In this document: in pieces, positions 37,701 to 50,302 of the stretch
How positions within the stretch are numbered: the stretch's first letter is position 1
Layout: every line of letters starts with the position of its first letter
NCBI RefSeq assembly: GCF_001194135.2
Contig: NC_068999.1
Location: 53,519,669 to 53,583,668 of the forward strand
Reading direction: 5' to 3'
From: Octopus bimaculoides
Taxonomy: Eukaryota
Length of the DNA stretch: 64,000 nt
Translations under genes and position numbers: made by a program
The notes under the pieces: generated by a model
What the model saw: the letters and a program-made list of their open reading frames with translations, nothing else
Database searches by the model: none
What the model was told of the DNA's origin: nothing

Positions 37701-40700
37701 ATATTACTGCTTTAATAAAAACAGCACTAAAAGAGTAGAACGAAAAGCAGGATATTTAAACAAGTTTCATACTAAATATTTTACCAGTTTTTTTTTTTAA
37801 TACAAGACACAATTTCACAAGAAATATATGTATTCAAATTACGTCCAGTTATATACACAGGCAGCATATGAACGGCACTACACGTTTCAGTTAACATCAA
37901 CACAGTTCCATATAACAATAAGCTACATTACGTTTACGAAAGAGAAAAATGTCTGAAGAGGCATCTACGTGGATGTTCTTCTTGCTAAAAATAACAACCA
38001 AATCTCATTCAAATCACACCCTATCGTCTTTAAAAAAGGACACACTAGACAATGTAGTCCTAGAGATACTAAGGCATAGAAAACTAGGATAAGATGGCCA
38101 CAAGTAGAATGCTTTTGGTTGTAAAGTCTGCTAAACTAGAGTCGATTCGGAGCCAAGCAACAGTACGTAAAGTAAATTCCAGTCACTTGAAGTAACTATT
38201 TACATTAGGAGCAATTGTTTAATTATCTTATCACAAACACTACATTCCATTAGGACAATTTGAGCAGAATTAGAGCGCTGAAAAATCCGACATTTCGTTA
38301 CATGCTGGTGGAGTAGGGGCTATTTTCAAGAGAATTCGAACCAGAAAAAAAAAATTCGATATCTAACTAGCTGTTGTTTCCTTAGATTCGTCCACTCTCC
38401 CACTAATTACTACTACTATATACAGTCTATTATAAACATACACACAAAACTTGAACAATAAAAAAAAAATGAAGAGAATGTATTTACAAATCAACAAGCA
38501 AAAAAACTAGAACACCCTTGAATAATCCAACAGAAAGATAAATATATGTGCGTGCGTGTTGAAATAATACAAGTCTAGATAGAAAGACAAAATGAGGGCA
38601 ACACGAAAGAAAGAGATGGAGGGAGGAGCTATTTTTGGTAATTCACTTCAGACTGTGTGGTAGATGTAGTTGAAGTAAAAGGCAAATTAATAGTAGTATT
38701 AGTAGTAGTAACTAACACCATTAGAAATTTAGTTCCCAGTAGTAGAAGGAAGAGGAAAAATAGAGGCAGCAGCGAAGGTGGTAGTTTTAGTGACAACAGT
38801 AATATCTTTCACAGTAGGTGTGTAGCTCAAGGCACCCCCACTCTCTCTCTTTGACCAAGACTACAAAAGCAGCCAACACATCGAAACGTATAACGAGAGA
38901 AAAATAAGGAAAACCGGAAAAAAAAAATGGAGCATGGTTGGTATGTTGTGTCGAGTAATAATAATGTTCGGGGAAAAGGACGATGAGTTTGGTCTAATGA
39001 TTACAGAAGGTAATCACAACCCTGTAGAAACGACTACTACTACTACTACTACTGCTGCAGTTAAGACCATGTAAGACAGGAGAAAGAATCGTGTACTTTA
39101 CGTGTCTGGGAAAGAACCACCCAAACGCCATCGTCTGTTAACAGCCAACAAAGAAGCTTCTACTGTGGATGCTCGACCTGCTAGAAATAGCAATGATATC
39201 TTCCTCAACTACCTTAAACAAAGGACTAATCCGAAAAAAAAAATACAGGAGAGTCATGGTTGGAATGCCTTTGATCATAGACTAGCTTCAGAGTTGACCC
39301 TAGGGTTAAACAATACATTTTCTAATCTTCTAAGATTATAGGTTCTAACCTACCACACCCTAGTATGGATAAGACTTCAATTTGCGGAAAATACAATTTC
39401 TTCTTTATTATCCGAGGAGACAGGACAACATACCACGAAGTGTAATGAGCTATAGGGTGCCGACATCTCACTGTTCTTGTTTTACATCCAAATCTCGCAT
39501 GTACGAGGGGCGGATCGACAGAACAAACAGGCATAGACACTACCACGTTAGTTGACTACCTTTATATATACTATGTTATTATATTTTGCTTTACAAATTT
39601 TCTCACATTAATTGAAGCGCTAACTACAAAACAATTACCAATTCGTTATTTGGAATCGATACTCAATCGATGCACGACATAATTAACACATCTCGCACTA
39701 CTAGGATGACGATCGACCTCTGGTGACCTCCTTGACAAATCCTCGTCAATGTGATCGATTTGGAAGGGAGTTTCAAGTTCTCAGCAGGTGGTGGAGAGAT
39801 TGATGTTTCATGGTAGATTTTTACATATCCACATCTGCCTCTTTCTCTTAGCACTCGTGAATCCTTATTTCGCGAGAGCTACTTGCTATTTTAGGCAAAT
39901 AATCTGAAAGAATGTCACAAGAAATTCCTCACATGTTCATTCGATTACGTATTTACAAAAAGAAAAAGTCGAATGTGATAAAAAAAAAAAACTACTTGTG
40001 CATTTTCTCCGTAACATAAATTATTGTCAAGGTAAATTTAAATATAATTTTCTAATTAGGAACGGTTTCAATCACAGGCAGGTAAGGCGTTGATGCTGTT
40101 CCAATAGGGACAGCTGGGGGGGAAAAGAAAAAAAAACAAGCCATGTCACGCCACACCCGGTTCTTATATCACTTGAACAACTACCAAACAGCCTCACAAA
40201 AACATTGTCCTCATCAGCTATGTGAGAACTGTTCTGAATATTTACATAGGGAGCCTCTACACCAGGAGGCATAGGTAATCTGAGAGAAGCGGACAGTAGC
40301 AGACATGTCTAATCATCATCCAACCCGCACTACTAAAAAGATTCAAGGTAATTTTTCGATGGCGTGCTATTTCAGAAAGTCCCGTGGGTTGCGGTTTGTC
40401 CATAACTGCTCTACATAGTCACTCAGCCTACTTGAAAGGACAGCCAAATCACCTTCAAATCATACCCTACCGACCTGAAAAGAGGGACAACGCATTGAAT
40501 AATGTGCTAGATACCCTATCAAACAAAGGCCTGTATGATCAGAACTGTTCTGGAGTTAAGAACGAGACAGTGCAACCTTATGGAAATCATTTGAGGGAGA
40601 GATGATGGGCAAGCCGATGATACCAGTTAAACCTGTTACCGATATTCCAATTTCCCCCTCCCCTTTTACAGAAAAGAAAGTGAGACTGCGAAGTTGATGC

Positions 40701-41263
40701 CTTTCCCATAGCCATCCGTCAACGACATAAACTAGAATTCATTCCAAATAGTAAACTGGGCCCGAAAACTTTCACGGCAACGATTCCTAAGTTTGTCACA
40801 AGGGGCAACAGAGAACGACACTTCAATAGTAATAAGTGCATAAGCATAAACGATTAGGTAAAAGTAAAGGCAACAAAACACATAGGTCACTCGGCCAAAT
40901 TTGAATAGTTGTCCAGTCGATTGCCTCATGGATATTATCAATACATCATTACTTTATATACTTATTTTACCGAGTGCAAATGGATATGAATACAAAAGGT
41001 ACTCGGCATCCAAAACACATCAACCAACAAGCGACCGTCGAAATATTTCTTTTGTTGTTTACATAGATGAGAGGGTAGGCAGTCGTATATTACTGGTATG
41101 TTCTGCTTTTACTGATCCTGAAAGGGTGCCATGAGAAATGATTTCTTCAACCGGCACCTTCAGTTCGTTATTGCCATGCTGGAGCACAAAGCTCAGATCG
41201 AAACCGGGACGTTAAAAGACGATGACAGCGGTCATCTTTCTGTCAGTTGGATACCACTTCATA

Positions 41264-41430
41264 CAGGCGCGGTCCCAGGAATTTTTCGAAGGGAAGGCAC
41301 AAGGTCAGAAGGGAATACAATTCCGGGAGAAAAGGGCGTAGTAACATTATTTAGAAGGGCACACTTCTTTTCGTGTGAGGGGGGGGGGAGCATGCCCCTC
41401 ACCCCCACCACAACTCCCGGTCCGCTCCTG
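41264..41430. mobile_element. GC-rich MITE-like element
   Basis: Imperfect TIRs caggcgcggtcccagga / tcccggtccgctcctg; internal G- and C-runs. Confidence 0.55.
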
Positions 41431-43757
41431 TTATATCAATTTGACATTCAGCAGACACTGAGGTACGTTATGTTCAACCAAGATAGATGAGGACGTTGTT
41501 TAGCCATAGGTCAACTCAGATTAAAGACGTTCTAGTCATGACCCTCTTGTCTTTTAATCAAGCATACATACTATATCTTATACATTATTCAAAATGTCCC
41601 CCCTCTCTCTCTCTCTCTCTGACGATAGCATGCGATTTAAAAGAGATTTGGCTGCTGTGTTTATCAGGTCGAACAATACAACAGCTTCCTTGTTGGCGGA
41701 GGTAGTGAAATAAACTAAATTGAGAACCAAAAACACCTTGGATCTGAACCGAGAGAGATAGAGCGAGACAAAGTTAAATTGTGATAGTAATAATGTAATG
41801 TTGGTAGTAGCAGCGATAACAGGGCTGTGATCACACACAACCGTGTGCGCCGCCGTGGCTGCTGATACGAAGATAGAGAGAAAAGGAAAGAAAAACCAGA
41901 GAAAAAAGACTTTTTTCTTTCCCCATTTTGGATTTTTTAAAAAATAAATTATACAAGAAAAAGCCAAGCTGCTCGGTCGGTAGGTCGCAGATTTTACTAA
42001 CAAGTGGCTATTTTACGTGGGTGATAAGAAAGAAGCAAGGCAGCTTTAGGTACCAGACTCGGCTATTAAACAATTATTTAACACGGTTTTAGGGTACTTG
42101 CTTATCACATTATTTGACACGAAGCAACGAGAACTTCTACCTGTTAGAAATAGCAGCGAAATCTGTCAAATCATACGCTATATCATCCGAGAGGAGAGAA
42201 ATGGTTGAAAATGCTTTCTTTGTTATTGAAATAATTAACAGTTGTTTTGTTATCAACAAAGCCGAGGACATTTATCGTCAACAACAATAACACACCAGAC
42301 AATTCATTTTTGTCTTCACTGCTGCTACCAAGGATGGCGCCAACCCAAGAAATGTGCCAGTTAGAACACGTTCTCGTTGTTGGCCAGGATTCATATTATA
42401 TTTCCAGTTTCACACACACATATATATTCAAGGAGGGTCTGTTTTAGCGTGAGCAAAGCTAACTCGTGCGCTGTGTTATGGTTAAATCATCTGAAGCTAC
42501 AAAAACTACTTTGTTTAACCACCCAACAAGCCAACCGCCAACACACAACATACACCTAACTACAAAATGGTTTTATTTTCCTAAACATATTCGCAGATCA
42601 TGGTTGTTATGTTGCTGTCGTCAATCATTCCTAGATAGACAAAAAAAATGTCGATCGAAAAACTAGAAAGAAGCGGCGAACGACGTGAAGCTGTAAAATG
42701 GTTTCTAGGTTTTAGCAAGTCCTTTTAAGACTCACCTTTCTTCTCTAACCGAGTCACGAGCATGTTGACCCACGTATGTATAGCGAGTTGAGTGTATAGG
42801 TTATGGTATGTTGAAAAAAAAACCCCCCAAAAAAACATCTGCAGCTTAGGTATTTATTTAGTCATTGCTATATTTACCGACGAATCCTAATATAATCGGC
42901 ATGGAAATAGATGCAGCTTAAAAGAAAATTGCAGTACACAGGAGCTTTTTAATCCAGAATTTAATGAGATTTCGGTGAGTGAAGTTAGTTAGATGGGGAA
43001 ATTAACAGCCAGTGCTTCAGACATTACAACAAACCCAACACCTGAAATTAAGTGTCACCCCCTCACACATCTTTTTATAGCGATTGTTTTGTTGGTTCTA
43101 CATCACACGCCCGTACACTATTAAAAGCTTGTGTTCAATATAAAGAATATCAAGCATCTTTTAGCCACATGACATTTGTTAACGTAATACTTGAAATAGC
43201 GAGCAAAACAGGTTCCAGCATAACTGTTATACATTATTGCAGTCTGTCTTGACATGATAAAAAACAGCCTCGCAATGAAAGATACATGTGTGTGTTTTAG
43301 AGATGGAGAGACGGATATATAAAGTTTGTCTTCGACTTCAGAAAGGGCTCTCTCTCTTTCTCATTATAACTGGCTTTGGCCATTTTAGGACGATTTCCAG
43401 CTAAGTTTAGACGGATCGCTAAAAGAAAGGTACGTACAGAAGACTTTGATGGCCATTTCAATGAAACAGAGACAGCTATCAAAATAATAAGACGAACAAT
43501 TGTGTTCGCAATGGAATAAGGATTCACATAAAGATTAATAACAATCTGAACGACGAAGGGAAAAAACACCGAAGGAGTGCTAAAAAAACATAAGATGCGA
43601 GATACTGATAAATGCCTGGTCCATGTTACTTATGTAGGTGTGTATACTGATGGTGTTGTTAGTACACAGACATCTAACTGCACTCGATACATGCTTCGAA
43701 TGAATGGGAAAAGTCGGTTAATATATTAACCCGGCATATGCATACATTATGTGTATG

Positions 43758-43825
<68 letters not shown>

Positions 43826-44245
43826 TGGTTTATTATACGCGGAATTCGGTCGTCCAAAGCTCTCTCTTTCCCCTCCCAACCATATGAAACCAACATGTCC
43901 ACCTGTCCTTCAAAAAGACACACACATACATACACAGAGCTTAGTCTACTTAGTTGCCTGCTAATTGAATAGATTCTCGTCCCGGAGAGGGAAGGACAGA
44001 CAAACAGCAAAAATCTATGTACCATTTCGTTCAGACCAAACTAAGACCTCGCAACCGCAGCCACATTATCGTAATAGTCGCTCAATAAAGAAACCATCCA
44101 ATACATATTTTCTCCCCTTCCTTTTGGCGGTGGAGACGAGATTTTCAGATCCTGCAAATGTTCTCTCTCTTTCCCCGTTTGTCTTGTAGTTATCTATACA
44201 GAACCGTATACACTGTAATTATATATACATATACAACGTGCGTTC

Positions 44246-44285
<40 letters not shown>

Positions 44286-44734
44286 GGTAAATTTTTACAG
44301 CCTATTAAAGAAATGAAGCAGACATTTACTGTTTTACTGTGGACTAAATTACACCACGACTTGTCTATATTTTTTTTTCTTTCATATTCTGACACAACAG
44401 GAAAACGAAAGAGGCAGAGTGAGAGTGAGAGAAGAGGAAATAAGATCTCAACGAACTTTAAGAGTGAGAGAAGAGTGGAATGAGTTTAGCTTGTGGCAAA
44501 GGTTGATGGAATAATAATAATAATAATCTACGTTTCGTGTAAATTATGGTGTATGAAAAAAATATAGATGTATGTATATGCTGTATATTATGCTGATGAT
44601 CTAACTGCGATTCTCGGTAATAATCAGCGTGAGAGAGAGAGAGAGAGGACTTTCGATAAATATCTAGTCGTGTAGGTAGACTATATATTATTACATGCCA
44701 CGAGCGAACGAGGGAGTCTATAATGTGATCTTTG

Positions 44735-44905
44735 CGACCAGCTAGGAAAGAACAGCGAAAATCTCATTCAAAATCACTCCCAACCATACAACCATAAAAT
44801 AAAGCAAAAAGACATTGGACAATGTCTGAAATGTTATGGATGGGATGGTCGTGGCTGGAATACCTTTGATTATGAATGTACTCGATCAGGAGCTAAACAA
44901 CAAAA
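44735..44905 (+). mobile_element. Interspersed repeat family C (SINE-like), representative copy
   Basis: ctag(a/g)aa..a(g)cagc.aaatc...tcaaatcacaccc...ggacaatgt...gatggtc..ggctggaat.cctttgat. Also at about 9480-9690(-), 31120-31270, 37965-38160, 39170-39310, 40410-40580, 42135-42185, 46815-47010, 47570-47710, 48540-48610(-) and 61590-61730(-). Confidence 0.7.
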
Positions 44906-46199
44906 TTACATTGATATGTACCATTTGTATGCGTGTGCGTGTATTGTTTAGCCCGAGGTGAGTTGTACTATGACCAAACGCCTTTCAACCACAACCACAC
45001 CATCTGTTTTTTCTTTTTCTTTTCTACAGATTATAATTTGGGACGACTTTATACATAGGTACCCTACATTTTCACCCCAAAAGACGATAAGTGGGTAAAA
45101 TAAGGGCGATTTTGAGTCTCCATTCCTAGCCCGGTCGGGACGACCGCCTATCTTCGTCGTTCGGGTCGGTGTGTGTGTGTGTGTGTTATGGTATTGGCAT
45201 GATTAGTGGTGCAGCTGTTATGTATTTTCTGTGTGCTGATCGGTTTCAGAAAAAAATAAAATAAAATAATGAAGGTAAAGGACATTCTGAAATGAGGAAG
45301 AAATTAACCAACGACAACAAGAGGGAGAGAGCAGAGAAGAGAGAGAGAAAAAACACAGAAACAGGTCAGCTAAGTAGCGAATACGACCAACACTGCCATA
45401 CACACAAACATTTTCTGTGTGTTATAGAAAGCAACGTTGGTGAAATGCAACACCAACTAAATTGTGTGTATGTATATACGTGTGTGTGTATATAAGAGAG
45501 AGAGAGAGAGAGATGAAAACTAAGGAAACACGAGAAAAGTGATGGGATGTATGTATATGCGTGTGTGTTATATGTAATAAATATATATGTATACACAGCT
45601 GTTTATGGCGAGAATATATATATATAATGTTTAGGATGATTTTTTTTTCTTTTTTTTACATAGTAGACGCTTATTGTTGTCAAGACCCAGGGTAGCGCTA
45701 ATAAAGTAGAACAGTGATCAGGTCGTTCCAGCCGTGGCAGACCCCTTAGCTTATTCCTCCGTCAGAGTGTATCTTGAACTACCTTATCTAATATATATCA
45801 TCGTTGTTATTAAAACCAATAAGGTGTGATTTGAGAGAACTGGCTGGGTAATTCTGGTATGTCGAATATTCAGAGACTGTCTCTCGCTTGCTTATATATA
45901 TATATATATAATTGTTGTTGCTGTCATAGCAGATGGATAGATCGTTTTGTGCGTGTGAGTGTGTGCGTGTATTATAAATAAATAAATATATATATATAAA
46001 ATACAAACATATAGACATCAAACTTTACTTACCTCAACGATCGTTGTTCATCAGAAAATGGAGATTTCAATATAATATAATATATTGTGTATTTGTATTT
46101 ATGAAACAGCGTTAATTAAAAGTGAATGTATGAGGTGCTTCTCGTTAGACATACATGTATATAAATATATGTATGTATATATATATTATTTCTTCTTTT

Positions 46200-46560
46200 G
46201 TTAATAATCTCGTTGCTTTCCTGTCCGTTCCAGTGCCGTGGCGCCGGTCAATCAATGTTTATCTGTGACTGGCGTCCTCATGCTCCATGCCAGCACATCC
46301 AAGTAACAGGCCTTGCCATTGGTCAACATTCATTTCATACGTAAAAAAAAAAATACATAACACAACAACAATAACTACAACTACAAAAAGAATACTTTGT
46401 CTCTGTGTGCGCAGCGTCTTTCCATTAGTCGATATTCGTGCGCACAGCTACAAAGAAGTGTTTTCATTGGTTGATTTATGTTAAGTTGGCCATCGACTGT
46501 AAACCACGAGATTATTCGATTGGCTGTTTTACACACCACATGACTCCGGCATAGTTCCAC
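46200..46560. promoter_or_regulatory. Candidate promoter with three NF-Y-type CCAAT boxes
   Basis: ATTGG at 46318, 46466 and 46519; each reads RRCCAATSR on the minus strand. CpG-rich context; strong minus-strand donor GAG|gtaagt at 46033/46032. Confidence 0.5.
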
Positions 46561-48599
46561 ACCGCCGAACCCTACCACCATCTTTTTCATGTGTTTCCTT
46601 CTACCATTTCTTTGGTGTTAATTGTGTATAGATGTTATGTCCGTCTTCCCTTTTCTGTATATGACTTGGAGATCTTTTGTATTATTATTACTATTATCAT
46701 TAAATAGACTAAAGAAACATGAACGAGAAGAGATTAGCGAGGAAGACATGCTTTATATGGTGATTTTCAATGAAAGGACGACGAAACCACAACGGGATGC
46801 TTTTTATAATGACATCTAGACGTGCGTGATCTGCAAGAAATAACAGCCTAAATCACATACTCTTACGTCTTCATGAAAAAGAGGGAGGACACATACGATA
46901 ATGTAGTTTTGGATATATTTATTATGTCTGCATAAAATATTGGATGGTCACCACTAGAAAGACTTCGATCATAGGGTCTGCTAGACAAAGGCTGACCAGG
47001 GGTTAAATTACGACATCATTAATATTTCTAGACAAATTGCATTTTATTTACCATTTGAAAATCAACTCAGCACACTCTCAAATATATTGTTTCCGCCACA
47101 TCCAGTGAAAACAATTTGGGTTTTTGGAATAACTATTTTTTATATCCGGAAATTGCTTCCACGTGATCTTTGTTAGTGTATGAATATTATCTATCTATCT
47201 ATTTATCTACACACATTTAAATACCCATTACATGTATGTATATTGCATTGTGTGCGTTTCCTACAGCAGTCCTATTTATAACATGTAATCAATTAAACTG
47301 AAACATTTTAGAGAATTAATATTCTATGTTTTCCTATGACTTTTCAAATTATTCATTCATCATCAGTGTGTTTAAAACTATTTATACCTCCTCTTTATAT
47401 TATCTATTTCTGAACTACGCCATACTAGCTTTTTCCTCTTTTATTTGACAATTCTTACGATTTCCATAGCAACTATTTCCTCTGTTTAACGCTGTGCAGA
47501 TAATCACGCGCTTCTTAATCCATTCACCAACCATATAAAACAAAAATGTCTTTAAAGCAAAGAGGGGAGCGTCTACGTGGTCGTTCGACTTGGCTAGTTA
47601 TAGCAACCAGGTTCACCTGAAATCACACCGTAGTCTTGAAAAGGAGAATTACATTACATCACATGCTTGGTCCTATATACACAAAAGACAGCATCATCGG
47701 GACTGACCTCATGCTAAAACGAAGAAAACAAAGCATGTCCATCACTTAAAATGATGTTGGACTTATAATTCATCGGGGATACGACATACATGTTCTGAAA
47801 ACGTATATTAAGGTGATATAGCTTTCTGTTGAGAGGCATTAAGAATCGATGGATGTTTTAAACGAAGTCCACATGAGTTTGAAATTCTCTCTCTTACTTA
47901 TTCCTATCAGCTCTGAATAAATAAACTTGATATGTACATACATATACATACGTGCGTGTGTATATGTTTGTAGATGTATGTTATATGGGTATATGCATGA
48001 ATATCTGTGGGTAAAAATGCGTATATATACATATCTATCTCTCTATATAAATTAGTTATAAGGATTCAACATCAACACATAAAATGCCAGAAATGGCTAG
48101 GTACAAAAAACATACAGTTCACAGAGAGTAAACAACACGTATTGGTAGGATACTGCAGATAAGTACCAAATCCAACTTAAACCGTAGATCTAACTCTGGG
48201 GTTGATTCCAGGTGTTGCGTAGGTATAAAAAGAAAACACAAATGGCGTTTAAAATCCACAACAGCTGTTTCACATCAATAAAATTCTACTAAAACAGGTG
48301 TCGTAAATTTTAAACGCTATTTATGTTATCTTCATATGCATATTATATATATATATATATATACACACATCTTTGTATACATAAGTACATACTTATACAC
48401 ACATACATAACCATGTATTAAAATTCTTCAAGCGGACGACGAAGCCACTGTGTCAACCTGCCAGCAACAGCAACTAAATCTTATAAAAACTGCACTTTTT
48501 TCACCATCCCATCTCTGTTCAGATACAATAGAGTGTATGAAATGTGTCCATCCCCTTTTAAGAAGGACGATTTCTACATGTAGGCTGCATTGTCGACTT

Positions 48600-49950
48600 G
48601 AATGAATTTCAGTGTTTTATCCATCCACTTCGTGGCAGTATAAAACTGGTTGAGTGGCGGGATTGATGGAGAGGTTTTACTTGTGTTTCAAGGAAGTGCG
48701 GCATTGTCCATAACCTTTTCAAACCCTTCGACACCGGTGAGCTTGATACTATTGACGTTCCTTGAAAATTATTACAGGTAAACACCTGTACGACGGTTAG
48801 TGTGTCCGAGAGGACTGCACGTACCAAGAGAGACAAAACGAGGAGAAAGGCGGGGTATCTGAGTGGTGGGGATACGAGACTAACCATCTCTGAGAAACTG
48901 ACACCAGTATAGTAACGGTAAAATAATAATAAAAACAGGGAGAGGATACAGCACGGCTAGAGGCTGGACCATGTCTGTTCTGTTAATAATAGAATACCAT
49001 TTAGTCAAATAGTCCTTCGCTTGATGCGGTTTGGGATGTCTGTGTGTCGCTGCATCACCGTCCCAGATGTAGCAGCAGCAGCACTCGAGTTTGTAAGGTG
49101 TCAGCAGTAACTGAAAAATTTCCTAACCTGAAGAGAAGGGCCTTAGCTATTCTAAGGATGAGCTTTTGCCTGTAGAGATCCTCTATGCTAACGAGGCCCA
49201 GAATTTGAAGTAACTGTGAGGTCATTGAATTACCGTTCACTATTAGTGGGAGTGGGGAATGATGGTATTTTCTTGATATAAGTAGTGCTTCATTTATTTT
49301 TTCTTTCAAGCGAAACAAGGTGATATGGGCCCACTGAAGAATTCTCTCTAAATCTTCACTTACGGTATCAGTTCAAGTTTAGCAGTGGTATCCGGCTGTG
49401 AGGATGACACATAGGTGGGGGGTGGACGGTTAGGGGAGTATGACAGGTTGTGTCAATTTGCATAGGAGTGGGCGTTGTTGGGTGCGGCTGGAAGAGAGTG
49501 GCACAGAAAGAGCCCTGTCAACACATTTTGTAACGATCAGTTAGGAAGCTACTGATCCAGGGCAGGGGAGCTTGTAAATAGGATGTTTTGATAGGAGACA
49601 TGTATGTCAGTCACGGTCAAAGGTTTTACTGATTGTCAATAGCAACAATATTGCTTTCACTGGCTGGATTTGTCACTGATGGTATTTTAAATAGGAAGCA
49701 ACGAAGTAAAAGAAACAAAATGAAAGATGTGTTGGTGCTCTGAGATAGGCCGCTGAGATCAGAGAAAAATAATTTTTACTGAAATCACTTAAAAGAACAC
49801 AGCCGAACCATAGAAATATATTTGATAAAATGTAAAATACGTCGTAGTTGAGTGCACAGCCTCAGATGGGGCCTCATCGAGCAGGCTTAAGATGAAAAGC
49901 ATTTCAGTCGGGACTGCGCCGTCTTTTTCTTCGCGGACTATATTAACCCA
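48600..49950 (-). mobile_element. Old CR1/L2-type LINE RT remnant
   Basis: Degenerate words WISSFLTDR, a YADD-like motif, DLERILQW, LLISRK...QILGL, YYTGVSFSEMVSLVSPPLR, with many stops and frameshifts. Confidence 0.7.
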
Positions 49951-50269
49951 ATGTTCTTTTTTCTTTTTTTTTTCAAGGCGGTAGAATGTGATGCGAGGTA
50001 AATTTCTAGCGTGACATGCAATTACATCAAGACTTCGATGGTACAAAATGTGAAGGTGTCACTGTGACTGCAGAAGACAGAAATATGTCGTTCCATAAAA
50101 ATTACGATTAGTTTCATTGAATTCTAATGCTTATATGTTTGATAAATATACTACAAGCATACAACGTCCTTGATTTCCTATATACATACATGTACGTACC
50201 TGTATACGGCGTGACAAAAACCCTAAACACCGGGTGTACGTATTCTTTACTTTCACCCCTGAATAATAC

Positions 50270-50302
<33 letters not shown>

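Noticed and set aside
41131-41490. 119-aa ORF
   Set aside because: Built from a SINE tail fragment and a GC-rich MITE; no protein-like signal.
43389-43429. Plus-strand 41-nt exon-like segment (ttttag|...AAAG|gtacgt)
   Set aside because: No partner exons or recognisable peptide; such signal pairs arise by chance in 64 kb.
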